Below are positions 1-8,383 of a stretch of DNA of 32,381 nt, one piece after another. Each line of letters opens with the position of its first letter. Positions within the stretch are counted from its first letter, which is position 1. The translations under genes were made by a program, and so were the position numbers. Origin of the DNA: Caulobacteraceae bacterium UBA6225 (GTDB lineage Bacteria; Pseudomonadota; Alphaproteobacteria; Caulobacterales; Caulobacteraceae); contig DJWR01000085.1 in NCBI GenBank assembly GCA_002441055.1, forward strand, positions 55,362 to 87,742. The letters are read 5' to 3'. The notes below the pieces were generated by a model. The model worked only from the letters and a program-made list of their open reading frames with translations, was not told the DNA's origin and ran no database searches.

Positions 1-1
1 A

Positions 2-484
2 GAAGGCGTTGCCCAGGTCGTAGTGGGCGTGAATGTTCTTCTTTGCGCCCGTGCGGCTGTTGTCGCGGAACAGATGCAGGATGCGGTTGAGCACCCACAT
101 CAGAGGCGCGCCAAGGGCCAGGCGCTCGATCTTGTCGAAGTTCAGGCTGAAGACGCACAGGAGGGCCGCCATGTCCGGCGTCTCCCACTGGCGCGCCATG
201 TGCCCCTCGGCAAAGCCGATGTCGCCGGCCGCCAGCACCCGGTTCATGAAGGCGTAGTCGCGAATGATCAGCCGCCCGCTGGGGCCAGGCTCAGGGCCCA
301 CCAGATCCAGCTCCCGCCCGGTGGGCAGGACAAAGGTTAGCGTGCCAACGGTCCAGTTTCGGGCCAGAAGTCCAAGGGCGCTGCGAAAAGCCGCCGGGGC
401 GCCGCTCAGCTCTGGAGCCCGGCGGAGCGCCCCCGGGGTCCCGGCGAGCTCGGCCAGGGAAGACGAGTTATGGGCGATGGTCAT
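2..484 (-). CDS. cfa: Cyclopropane-fatty-acyl-phospholipid synthase family SAM-dependent methyltransferase, N-terminal part (runs off the left edge of the window)
   Basis: Not in the ORF track because no stop lies inside the window. Manual translation from ATG at 484 gives MTIAHNSS...GDIGFAEGHMARQWETPD...NSRTGAKKNIHAHYDLGNAF; HYDLGN is the CFA synthase signature. GAGGGG ribosome-binding site upstream. Confidence 0.9.
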   Translation of the reverse strand, partial: MTIAHNSSSLAELAGTPGALRRAPELSGAPAAFRSALGLLARNWTVGTLTFVLPTGRELDLVGPEPGPSGRLIIRDYAFMNRVLAAGDIGFAEGHMARQWETPDMAALLCVFSLNFDKIERLALGAPLMWVLNRILHLFRDNSRTGAKKNIHAHYDLGNAF

Positions 485-676
485 CGTCGCTTACCCCTCG
501 TGTCAGTCACAAATAGCACAAACTGGCCCCAGACGCGACACCCGCCCAGACCTCTGTGTACGGGAGCGGCACAGCCTCGGACGCAGGCGACCCGACCCTG
601 GTCCGGGATTTCCGGCTTGTGAAGCCGCCGCACGGGCGCCACTTAGGCCTGATCCGCGCACCCCAGGGATGATCTC

Positions 677-1528
677 ATGGCCGCACTCGAACTGACTCGC
701 TGGAACATGCCGATCGGCGCCGGCCATCCTCTGGTGGTGATCGCCGGCTTGAATGTGCTGGAGGATCTCGACCTGGCGAGGGATGCGGCGCGCCACCTCA
801 AGGGCGTCTGCACAGAGCTTGGCCTGCCCTATGTCTTCAAGGCCAGTTTCGACAAGGCGAACCGCTCATCCATCCGCAGCTATCGCGGTCCGGGCCTGGA
901 CGCGGGGTTGAACATCCTGCGGCAGATCAAGGCGGAATTCGACGTCCCGATCTGTACGGACCTGCATGAGATTGATCAGGCTGAACCTGTCGCCGCGGTG
1001 GCCGATCTTGTGCAAATTCCGGCTTTCCTCTGTCGCCAGACCGACCTCGTGGTGGCCACTGCCCGGGCGACGAAGGCCGCAGGCGGCCTGCTGCATGTGA
1101 AGAAGGGGCAGTTTCTGGCCCCCTGGGACAGCCGCAACATCCTCGACAAGATCAAGGAAGCGGTGGAGGTCGACATGACCGTCCTGTGCGAGCGCGGCGT
1201 CAGCTTCGGCTACAACAACCTCGTCGTGGACATGCTGGGCATCGCCGAGATGCAGGCGCTGGGGGCGCCCGTGACCATTGATGCGACCCATGCGGTCCAG
1301 CTGCCAGGCGCCAATCCCAAGTCCAATGGCGCCTCCACCGGCGGTCGCCGGGAAGGCGTGCCAATCATCGCCAAGGCCGCGGTGGCCGCCGGCGCCGACG
1401 GGGTGTTCCTTGAGTTTCACCACGATCCGGATCGGGCCCTGTGCGATGGGCCCAGCTGTCTGCCGCTGACCCAGGCCATGCCCCTTCTCAGGACGCTCAA
1501 GGCCCTGCGCGACGCCGTGCAGGCCTGA
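677..1528 (+). CDS. kdsA: 3-deoxy-D-manno-octulosonate 8-phosphate (KDO8P) synthase
   Basis: Motifs FKASFDKANRSS, QIPAFLCRQTDL, VKKGQF, CERG, DATHAVQLPG, FLEFH and CDGP. Confidence 0.95.
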   Translation: MAALELTRWNMPIGAGHPLVVIAGLNVLEDLDLARDAARHLKGVCTELGLPYVFKASFDKANRSSIRSYRGPGLDAGLNILRQIKAEFDVPICTDLHEIDQAEPVAAVADLVQIPAFLCRQTDLVVATARATKAAGGLLHVKKGQFLAPWDSRNILDKIKEAVEVDMTVLCERGVSFGYNNLVVDMLGIAEMQALGAPVTIDATHAVQLPGANPKSNGASTGGRREGVPIIAKAAVAAGADGVFLEFHHDPDRALCDGPSCLPLTQAMPLLRTLKALRDAVQA

Positions 1529-1536
1529 GGCGCGCC

Positions 1537-2991
1537 ATGGATCTCACCGCCCTTCAGCATCTGCTGTCGACCATTCCGGGGGTCAGGGTCGCCTGCGTAG
1601 GCGACCTGATGATCGACCGCTTTGTCTATGGCGAGGTGACGCGGGTCTCGCCCGAGGCGCCGATCCCTGTGCTAGCCCGGGAACGCGAGCTGGTCATGTT
1701 GGGTGCGGCAGGGAATGTGGCGCGCAATGTCGCTGCGCTCGGGGGGCACGTCTGCCTGGTGGGGCTGGTGGGCGGCGACAATGAGGGCCATGAGGCGCTG
1801 AGGCTGGTGGCCGCCGAGGCCGGGGTTGAGGGCTTTGTGGTCACCGATGCGGCCCGACCAACGACGCTCAAGACCCGTTTTGTCTCCGGCGGACAGCAAC
1901 TGCTTCGGGTCGACAATGAAGTCGCCATCCCAGCGCAGGGCGATGTTGAGGAACGTCTGGTCCGCACCGTCCGCGATATCGCCGCTGACGTTGGTCTGAT
2001 CCTGCTGTCGGACTACGGCAAGGGTGTGGTGACCCCCGCCGTGATCGCGGCCTGTCGCGCGGCGGGCGCTCGGATCATCGTAGATTCCAAGGCCCGCAGC
2101 TTCGCCCGCTATGGCGAGGTGGACATCATCAAGCCCAATGCGGCCGAGCTGGCCCACGCCACCGACATGCCCACATCGACTGATGATGAGGTCGCCGCGG
2201 CCCTGATCCACGCCCTCAGCCTGTGCGAGGCCCGTGCGATCCTGGTCACGCGCTCAGCCAAGGGCATCTCTTTGGCGGTGCGGGGACAACCAGTGCGCCA
2301 CTTCCCCGGCGTGCCCAAGGAGGTGTTCGACGCTTCCGGCGCTGGCGACACGACCCTGGCCGCACTCGGCCTGGCCCTGGCGGCAAATGCGTCTATCGAG
2401 GACGCCGCCGCCTTCGCCATGCTGGCCTCCGGCGTAGCGGTGGGTAAGGCCGGGACAGCGGTCGTGACCCCAGAAGAGCTGATCGAAGCCGCCCTGGCGG
2501 CCCATCAGGCCCCGGCTGAGGCCAAGGTCTGCACCCCCCAAAAGATGGCCGAGATGGTGTCTCGGTGGAAGTCGCGGGGGCTGCGCGTCGGGTTCACCAA
2601 CGGGTGCTTCGACATCCTGCACAAGGGTCACGTGGCCTATCTCAACCAGGCCCGGGGCTGGTGCGACCGGCTGATCGTCGGGGTCAATGACGACGCCTCT
2701 GTCCGGCGGCTGAAAGGCGAGGGCCGACCAGTGAACGATCTGGAGAGCCGCGCTGTGGTGCTGGCGGGCCTTGGGGCGGTGGACCTGGTGACGCCCTTCG
2801 ACGCTGACACCCCGATTGAGCTGATCAAGCTCGCCCGACCTGACGTGCTGATCAAGGGCGCCGACTATTCTGAGGACCAGGTCGTCGGCGCGGCTGAGGT
2901 GAGGGCGTGGGGTGGGGAGGTCCGTCTGGCGCAGATCGTCGATGGCTATTCGACCACGGCGGCCTTGAACCGGATGCAGGAGAAGTCATGA
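1537..2991 (+). CDS. hldE: Bifunctional D-glycero-beta-D-manno-heptose-7-phosphate kinase / heptose-1-phosphate adenylyltransferase
   Basis: PfkB kinase domain (GDLMID, RVSPEAPIPV, LSDYGKG, DASGAGDT) fused to a nucleotidyltransferase domain (FTNGCFDILHKGH, LIKGADY). Start trimmed to ATG 1537, 8 nt after the kdsA stop. Confidence 0.95.
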   Translation: MDLTALQHLLSTIPGVRVACVGDLMIDRFVYGEVTRVSPEAPIPVLARERELVMLGAAGNVARNVAALGGHVCLVGLVGGDNEGHEALRLVAAEAGVEGFVVTDAARPTTLKTRFVSGGQQLLRVDNEVAIPAQGDVEERLVRTVRDIAADVGLILLSDYGKGVVTPAVIAACRAAGARIIVDSKARSFARYGEVDIIKPNAAELAHATDMPTSTDDEVAAALIHALSLCEARAILVTRSAKGISLAVRGQPVRHFPGVPKEVFDASGAGDTTLAALGLALAANASIEDAAAFAMLASGVAVGKAGTAVVTPEELIEAALAAHQAPAEAKVCTPQKMAEMVSRWKSRGLRVGFTNGCFDILHKGHVAYLNQARGWCDRLIVGVNDDASVRRLKGEGRPVNDLESRAVVLAGLGAVDLVTPFDADTPIELIKLARPDVLIKGADYSEDQVVGAAEVRAWGGEVRLAQIVDGYSTTAALNRMQEKS

Positions 2992-3989
2992 GCCGACGTA
3001 TCGTCTTCGTCACCGGGGGGGCTGGCTTTATCGGCTCCAACATCGTCGCGCGCCTGGCCCAGGATCGCAGCCTGGACGTGGTGGTCTGTGATCGGCTGCG
3101 GGACGCCGAGCTTGGAAAGTGGCGGAACATCGCCAAGCACCCCATCGGCGATTTCGTGGCGCCCGAAGACATGTTCGAGTGGCTGGAGAAGCGCTGGCGA
3201 GACGTGGAGCTGGTCGTCCATATGGGCGCGGTCTCCTCCACCACAGAGCCCGATGCAGACAAGATCATCCAGTCCAACTTCGGCCTGTCCCGGGACCTGT
3301 TCCGCTGGTGCGTCGACCGCCAGCGCCGGATGATCTACGCCTCGTCGGCGGCGACCTATGGGGATGGACATCTGGGGTTTGGCGACGACAACAGCTTCGA
3401 GGCCCTGGCTGCGCTCAAGCCGCTCAACGCCTATGGCTGGTCAAAGGCGCTGTTCGACATATTCGCCGTCCGGCAGGCCGCCCGCGACTATGCGCCGCCC
3501 CAGTGGGCGGGGCTGAAGTTCTTCAACGTCTATGGCCCCAATGAGGGGCACAAGCACGGCATGAAGTCCGTCGCCGCCCAGATCTGGCCCAAGGTTCGCG
3601 ACGGCCAACAGGTTCAGCTGTTCAAGTCCCACCGGGACGACGTGGCCGATGGGGGACAGTTGCGGGACTTCGTCTATGTCCGCGATGTGGCCGAGGTTGT
3701 GGCTTGGCTGGCGGGCAATCCGCAGGTGAACGGCGTCTACAATCTGGGTTCTGGTCAGGCCCGTTCGTTTGCTGACATGGCGAATGCAGTGTTTGCGGCC
3801 GCAGGACGGGCGCCGGACATTGACTACATCCCCATGCCGCCAGCCATTCGCGATCGCTACCAGTACTTCACGCAGGCCGAGATGTCCCGACTGCGGCAGG
3901 CGGGTTACGAGGCCCCCTTCACAAGCCTGGAGGACGGCATTGGCGACTATGTCCGTAACTACCTCGCGCAGATCGATCCCTATCGCTGA
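2988..3989 (+). CDS. hldD: ADP-L-glycero-D-manno-heptose 6-epimerase
   Basis: VTGGAGFIGSN, HMGAVSSTTE, YASSAATYG, PLNAYGWSK (YxxxK), FFNVYGPNEGHK, RDFVYV and YQYFTQA. ATGA overlap with the hldE stop. Confidence 0.95.
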   Translation: MSRRIVFVTGGAGFIGSNIVARLAQDRSLDVVVCDRLRDAELGKWRNIAKHPIGDFVAPEDMFEWLEKRWRDVELVVHMGAVSSTTEPDADKIIQSNFGLSRDLFRWCVDRQRRMIYASSAATYGDGHLGFGDDNSFEALAALKPLNAYGWSKALFDIFAVRQAARDYAPPQWAGLKFFNVYGPNEGHKHGMKSVAAQIWPKVRDGQQVQLFKSHRDDVADGGQLRDFVYVRDVAEVVAWLAGNPQVNGVYNLGSGQARSFADMANAVFAAAGRAPDIDYIPMPPAIRDRYQYFTQAEMSRLRQAGYEAPFTSLEDGIGDYVRNYLAQIDPYR

Positions 3990-4005
3990 TCACGATCCTG
4001 CGGCG

Positions 4006-4041
4006 TTGTTCTTGGCGGGCGCACGGGGCTAGGCTGCCGCT
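4006..4041 (+). promoter_or_regulatory. Putative sigma70 promoter giving a leaderless DUF3089 mRNA
   Basis: TTGTTC-N18-TAGGCT-N6-ATG, with no Shine-Dalgarno sequence before ATG 4042. Confidence 0.4.
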
Positions 4042-5220
4042 ATGGCGGATGCATCACGACGTACTCGGGTCTGGCTGACCGGCGCGGCGCTTCTGCTCGT
4101 CGGGCTGCTGGCGGTCGGGGGGATGGTCTGGCGCGACGACATTCTGCGGACGGGCCTCGACCCCAAGGAGCCGTTCCAGACCTATGAGCCGCCCGCGGCG
4201 CCGGATTACAGCCAGCGCTCGTCCTGGAGCCTGCTGCCAACCGAGCCCACGACCTGGTCAGACGACGCGCCGCCCGCCGACGTCTTCTTCGTCGCGCCCA
4301 CCAGCTATGACGGCGGCCGGCACTGGAACGCCCCCATCGATGACCCTGGCGCCGATCTGTTTTTCCGCCGCACGGTGGGGCCGAACTATGTGGGGCCGTT
4401 TGTTCGCAACGGGCGGGTCTTCGCGCCGCGCTATCGCCAGGCCAGCCTCTATTCGATGCTCACCCTGCGGGACGACGCCCGTGAGGCGCGACGATTCGCC
4501 TATGGCGACGTCCGCGAGGCCTTTATCCGCTTCATGGAAGACTACAATCAGGGCCGGCCGTTTGTGATTGTGGGGGTCGAGCAAGGCGGAACCCTCGCCG
4601 CACGGCTTCTGGCTGAGGAAGTGGCCAGTGATCCCGATCGCCAGGCTCGTCTGGTGGCGGCCTACCTCATCGAGACGGCGGTTCCAGATGCAAGCCCGCC
4701 TCTGCCGCTTTGCCGGACGCCAGAGGAGACAGGTTGCCTGGCGGCCTGGGTGTCAGCCTATGAGGGAGATCGCGACCGGGCGCAGATGCTGCGAGATCGC
4801 TCCCTCGTGTGGGATGACCAGGATCAGCTAGTCAACCTCGCTGGCCCCGCGGCTTGCTACAATCCCCTGCTCGGCGCGGCAGGCGAGGCGGTGGCGCCGG
4901 CGCGTCTGGCCAAGGGGGCGACCAACGCCACCAACCTCGAATGGGGGGCCAGGCCAGCCCTGCAGACCCGTCAGGTCACCGCCAGATGCGAGGCGGGAAT
5001 CCTGCGCGTTTCGCGGCCCCGTTCAGTGGCCTTCCGATCCACGGGATCTTGGGCGAACCAAAGAAAAGTCCCTGGATACAATTTATTCTACGGGGATATT
5101 GAAGCGAGTTATGAGACGCGGCTGGCCAGTCTGATGGCTGATCCCGATTTCCGCCATGCTGCTCGCCCCATTGCGCTTGGCCAGGATGTGAAGGTCGCGC
5201 CCTTTCGCCGGATAGACTGA
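4042..5220 (+). CDS. DUF3089 family alpha/beta-hydrolase-fold protein with N-terminal membrane anchor
   Basis: ADVFFVAPTSY, WNAPID, FAPRYRQASL, AYGDVREAF and GRPFVIVGVEQG match the DUF3089 pattern; hydrophobic N-terminal helix. Confidence 0.8.
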   Translation: MADASRRTRVWLTGAALLLVGLLAVGGMVWRDDILRTGLDPKEPFQTYEPPAAPDYSQRSSWSLLPTEPTTWSDDAPPADVFFVAPTSYDGGRHWNAPIDDPGADLFFRRTVGPNYVGPFVRNGRVFAPRYRQASLYSMLTLRDDAREARRFAYGDVREAFIRFMEDYNQGRPFVIVGVEQGGTLAARLLAEEVASDPDRQARLVAAYLIETAVPDASPPLPLCRTPEETGCLAAWVSAYEGDRDRAQMLRDRSLVWDDQDQLVNLAGPAACYNPLLGAAGEAVAPARLAKGATNATNLEWGARPALQTRQVTARCEAGILRVSRPRSVAFRSTGSWANQRKVPGYNLFYGDIEASYETRLASLMADPDFRHAARPIALGQDVKVAPFRRID

Positions 5221-5222
5221 AT

Positions 5223-7298
5223 CTAGCCGGCGTCAGGCAAGGCGGCCTGACCTTGCCAGTCGAACAGGGATTGCAGGGCGCGCAGAGCTTTCCCCCGTTC
5301 AGAAGTCAGCGTCGGATCGCGGGCGAGAATGAGACGCGCGTCGTCCCCGGCGGCGGCGATCAGGTCGCGATGGGCTATGGGATCGGCGAACACATAGGCG
5401 GGAAACCCGCTCTGACGCAGGCCGAGGGGATCACCGCCGCCACGTAGCTCGAGATCACGCTCAGCGATGAGGAAGCCATCGTCGGTGCGACGCAGGATGT
5501 CCAACCGCTTCTGCCCGGTTTCCGACAGCGGCGGATCATAGAGGAGCACGCAGGCGCTTTCGCCGCGCCCTCGACCAACCCGGCCGCGGAGTTGATGCAA
5601 CTGGGCCAGACCGAAGCGCTCGGCCTGTTCGATGACCATGATGGTGGCGTTGGGAACATTCACGCCAACCTCGACCACCGTGGTGGCCACCAGGACCGAC
5701 AGCTCGCCCTGGGCGAAGCGGGCCATCACCGCGTCCTTTTCAGGCCCGGGCATCTTGCCATGGACGAGCCCCACGCTGGGGCCAATGCGCTCGCGAAGCT
5801 CAGCAGCGCGACGCTCGGCGGCGGCCAGGTCGGTCTTTTCCGACTCCGACACCAGGGGGCAGATCCAGAAGGCCTGGGCGCCTGCGGCCACCACTGATTT
5901 AAGCCGCGCCTCCACCTCGGCCATGCGGCCCATGGGGATCGCCCGGGTGGCGACAGGCGTCCGCCCGGGGGGCTTCTCATCAATTCGCGAGACATCCAGG
6001 TCGCCGAAAACGGTGAGCTCCAGCGTCCGGGGGATCGGGGTCGCAGACATGGCCAGAAGATGGGTGGCCTGGCCCTTGGCCTGCAGGCGCTGGCGCTCGG
6101 CCACCCCAAACCTGTGCTGCTCATCAATGACGGTCAGGCGTAGATCCTGAAAGACGACGTCGTTCTGAAAGAGGGCGTGGGTGCCCACGGCGACCTTCAC
6201 GGCGCCACTGGCGAGCGCTCGCAGCTTCTCAGCCCGGGAGGCGCCCTTGTCCCGGCCCGTCAGGAGGACAGCGGCCAGGCCTTGGGCCTCAAGCGGGCCG
6301 GCCAGGGTCTCGAAATGCTGTCTGGCCAGGATTTCGGTGGGCGCCATCAGGGCGCTCTGTCCGCCCGCATCGGCCACGTCAGCCATGGCGAGCATGGCCA
6401 CCACCGTCTTCCCCGATCCTACGTCCCCCTGCAGCAAGCGCGACATGCGCTCACCCTTGGCCAGGTCCGCGCGGATATCGGTCAGCGCGCGGATTTGGGC
6501 GCCGGTCAGCCGGAAGGGCAGGGCTGCGGCCAGGGCTTCGGCTCTTTGACCTCCGAGAATCGGCGCAGCAGGTTCGGCGCGACGCTCCGCCTTTTTTCGC
6601 CCCATAGCGAGTTGGTGCGCCAGCAGTTCATCAAACGCCAGGCGCTGGCGATGTGGCGCCTGCGCCGTGAGATCAGCCTCCGACTGGGGCGCGTGCAGTC
6701 GTGAAAGGCTGTCGCGCCAACTCGCCCAGCCCTGGCGGGCGAGCCAGGCCGGGTCCTGCCACTCGGCAAGGTCAGGGCATCGGGCCAGGGCGTCCAGCAC
6801 CAGGCGTCGCACGGTGCGGGCCGGCAGGCCGGCTGTGGCGGGATAGATGGCCTCGACCTCGGGGATCTGATCGGCCTTCTCCAGAGGCAGGAGGTAGTCC
6901 GGATGGGCGATCTGAATCTCGGAGCCGAACCGTTCGACCTTGCCGCTGACCAGGCGTTGGGCGCCCACGGGATGTTGGGCCTCGATCCGCCCGCCCAGGG
7001 CGCCGAAATAGACCAGGGTTAGAAAGCCAGTCCCGTCAAACGCCCTGACCCGCCAGGGCTGAGAGGCATTGCGCGGGGCCTGAAAGGCCTCGATCGTTAC
7101 GGCAAACGTCTGAACCGCCCCCTCAAGGGCCTCGGCCACTCGGGCGGGATGGCGGTGGATCAGGCTGTGGGGCGCCAGGAAGGCGACATCCCGCACCACA
7201 GGCCCCGCTAGCTTGGTCAGCAGCGGCGCAACCCGTGGCCCCACGCCCTTCAGCGTGTCGATCGGGGCGAAGAGGGGATAGAGAATCTCCGGGCGCAT
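5223..7298 (-). CDS. recG: ATP-dependent DNA helicase RecG
   Basis: MRPEILYPLF N-terminus, LLQGDVGSGKT, DEQHRFG, SATPIPRT, QLHQLRGRVGRG and TRG motif (DGFLIAERDLELRGGG). Start trimmed to ATG 7298. Confidence 0.97.
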   Translation of the reverse strand: MRPEILYPLFAPIDTLKGVGPRVAPLLTKLAGPVVRDVAFLAPHSLIHRHPARVAEALEGAVQTFAVTIEAFQAPRNASQPWRVRAFDGTGFLTLVYFGALGGRIEAQHPVGAQRLVSGKVERFGSEIQIAHPDYLLPLEKADQIPEVEAIYPATAGLPARTVRRLVLDALARCPDLAEWQDPAWLARQGWASWRDSLSRLHAPQSEADLTAQAPHRQRLAFDELLAHQLAMGRKKAERRAEPAAPILGGQRAEALAAALPFRLTGAQIRALTDIRADLAKGERMSRLLQGDVGSGKTVVAMLAMADVADAGGQSALMAPTEILARQHFETLAGPLEAQGLAAVLLTGRDKGASRAEKLRALASGAVKVAVGTHALFQNDVVFQDLRLTVIDEQHRFGVAERQRLQAKGQATHLLAMSATPIPRTLELTVFGDLDVSRIDEKPPGRTPVATRAIPMGRMAEVEARLKSVVAAGAQAFWICPLVSESEKTDLAAAERRAAELRERIGPSVGLVHGKMPGPEKDAVMARFAQGELSVLVATTVVEVGVNVPNATIMVIEQAERFGLAQLHQLRGRVGRGRGESACVLLYDPPLSETGQKRLDILRRTDDGFLIAERDLELRGGGDPLGLRQSGFPAYVFADPIAHRDLIAAAGDDARLILARDPTLTSERGKALRALQSLFDWQGQAALPDAG

Positions 7299-7395
7299 GG
7301 CGGCGACCATAGCGCGCGTGGGCCTGTCGCGCGCGGTAGACGGGGCGGCCCTGTCGTGATGACGTACGGCCATAGTCTGAGCTTGGGAGGGTGCG

Positions 7396-8016
7396 ATGAG
7401 AGGGTGGATGTTGAGCGCGGCGGCGACGGTTGTCCTGGCCGCTTGTGGTCAGGCTGAGCCTACCGCTCCCGAGCCCGCGCAATCGTCGACGCCCGCGGCG
7501 ACCGAGACCGCTGAACCTGAGGCGGTCGCTCCGCCCAACAAGATTGAGGGCTTCACCCACGCGCCTGGCGAGGACCTCTTCGGCTACTACTTCCCGACCC
7601 GGCCCGTGCAAGTCGGAAACTATCGCCTCGACAACATCCATATCGGTGGAGCGATGGAGTTTGCGGCCTGGGAGCGAGGCGAGCGGACGGCCACCTACGC
7701 CCCGGTGATGCTTGAGTTCTCAGATGTGACCAGCCCGATCGCCACCAACGAGCTTGGTCAGGAGTTCCATCAGCGGAGCATCCGCGTCCTGCCCAGCGCC
7801 TATAGGCTGGGCGAGGGCGACTTTCGGTTTGTGGGCAGCCATCCTGACATTGGTGATGTGTGGATCGATGGCATGATTGATCTCGCCCAGCTGAAATCCG
7901 AACGGGATCAGGGCGGCCTGCCACAGGACGAAGCGTCGCCGCTGCTCACCACCGCAACTCAGATTGGGCCGGAGGCCTTTCGAAACCTGTCCTTCGTCTG
8001 GTTCGGCGGCGACTGA
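7396..8016 (+). CDS. Hypothetical lipoprotein
   Basis: Signal peptide ending in a VLAAC lipobox, Pro/Ala/Thr/Glu-rich linker, then a globular domain ending FVWFGGD. GGGAGGG ribosome-binding site; fills the recG-sdhE gap. Confidence 0.75.
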   Translation: MRGWMLSAAATVVLAACGQAEPTAPEPAQSSTPAATETAEPEAVAPPNKIEGFTHAPGEDLFGYYFPTRPVQVGNYRLDNIHIGGAMEFAAWERGERTATYAPVMLEFSDVTSPIATNELGQEFHQRSIRVLPSAYRLGEGDFRFVGSHPDIGDVWIDGMIDLAQLKSERDQGGLPQDEASPLLTTATQIGPEAFRNLSFVWFGGD

Positions 8017-8089
8017 GCCCGTCCTGGCGCGTTCGCAGCGTCCTTGACCCTGGCGCTCGGGCGCCGGGGCCTCTATATCCGCGCTCGCC

Positions 8090-8383
8090 ATGGCCGACAC
8101 ACACGACACCCGACTCAAGCGCCTCAAGTTCCGTTCCTGGCACCGGGGATTTGTAGAGGCTGACCTGATCCTGGGCGGCTTCGTCGACCGCCATGCGGGC
8201 GATCTCAGTCCCGCCCAGCTGGATGTCCTGGAACACCTGCTCGACCAGCCTGATCAGGATATTTATGCCTGGATCGTCGAGCGAACTCCCACGCCCCCGG
8301 AATTCGACACCGAGATCATGAATATGATCAAGGGCTTCCGGGACGAGGCTCACAAGACCATCGGCGGCGCCCGTGGCGGCTGA
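8090..8383 (+). CDS. sdhE: Succinate dehydrogenase flavinylation/assembly factor SdhE (SDHAF2 family)
   Basis: RLKRLKFRSWHRGFVEADLILG carries the RGxxE motif; position between recG and mfd is usual in Alphaproteobacteria. Confidence 0.93.
   Translation: MADTHDTRLKRLKFRSWHRGFVEADLILGGFVDRHAGDLSPAQLDVLEHLLDQPDQDIYAWIVERTPTPPEFDTEIMNMIKGFRDEAHKTIGGARGG

Noticed and set aside
23..796. Short ORFs listed at the left edge (23..340, 33..257, 264..695, 503..796)
   Set aside because: They overlap the real cfa gene on the - strand or its promoter region and have no protein-like features.
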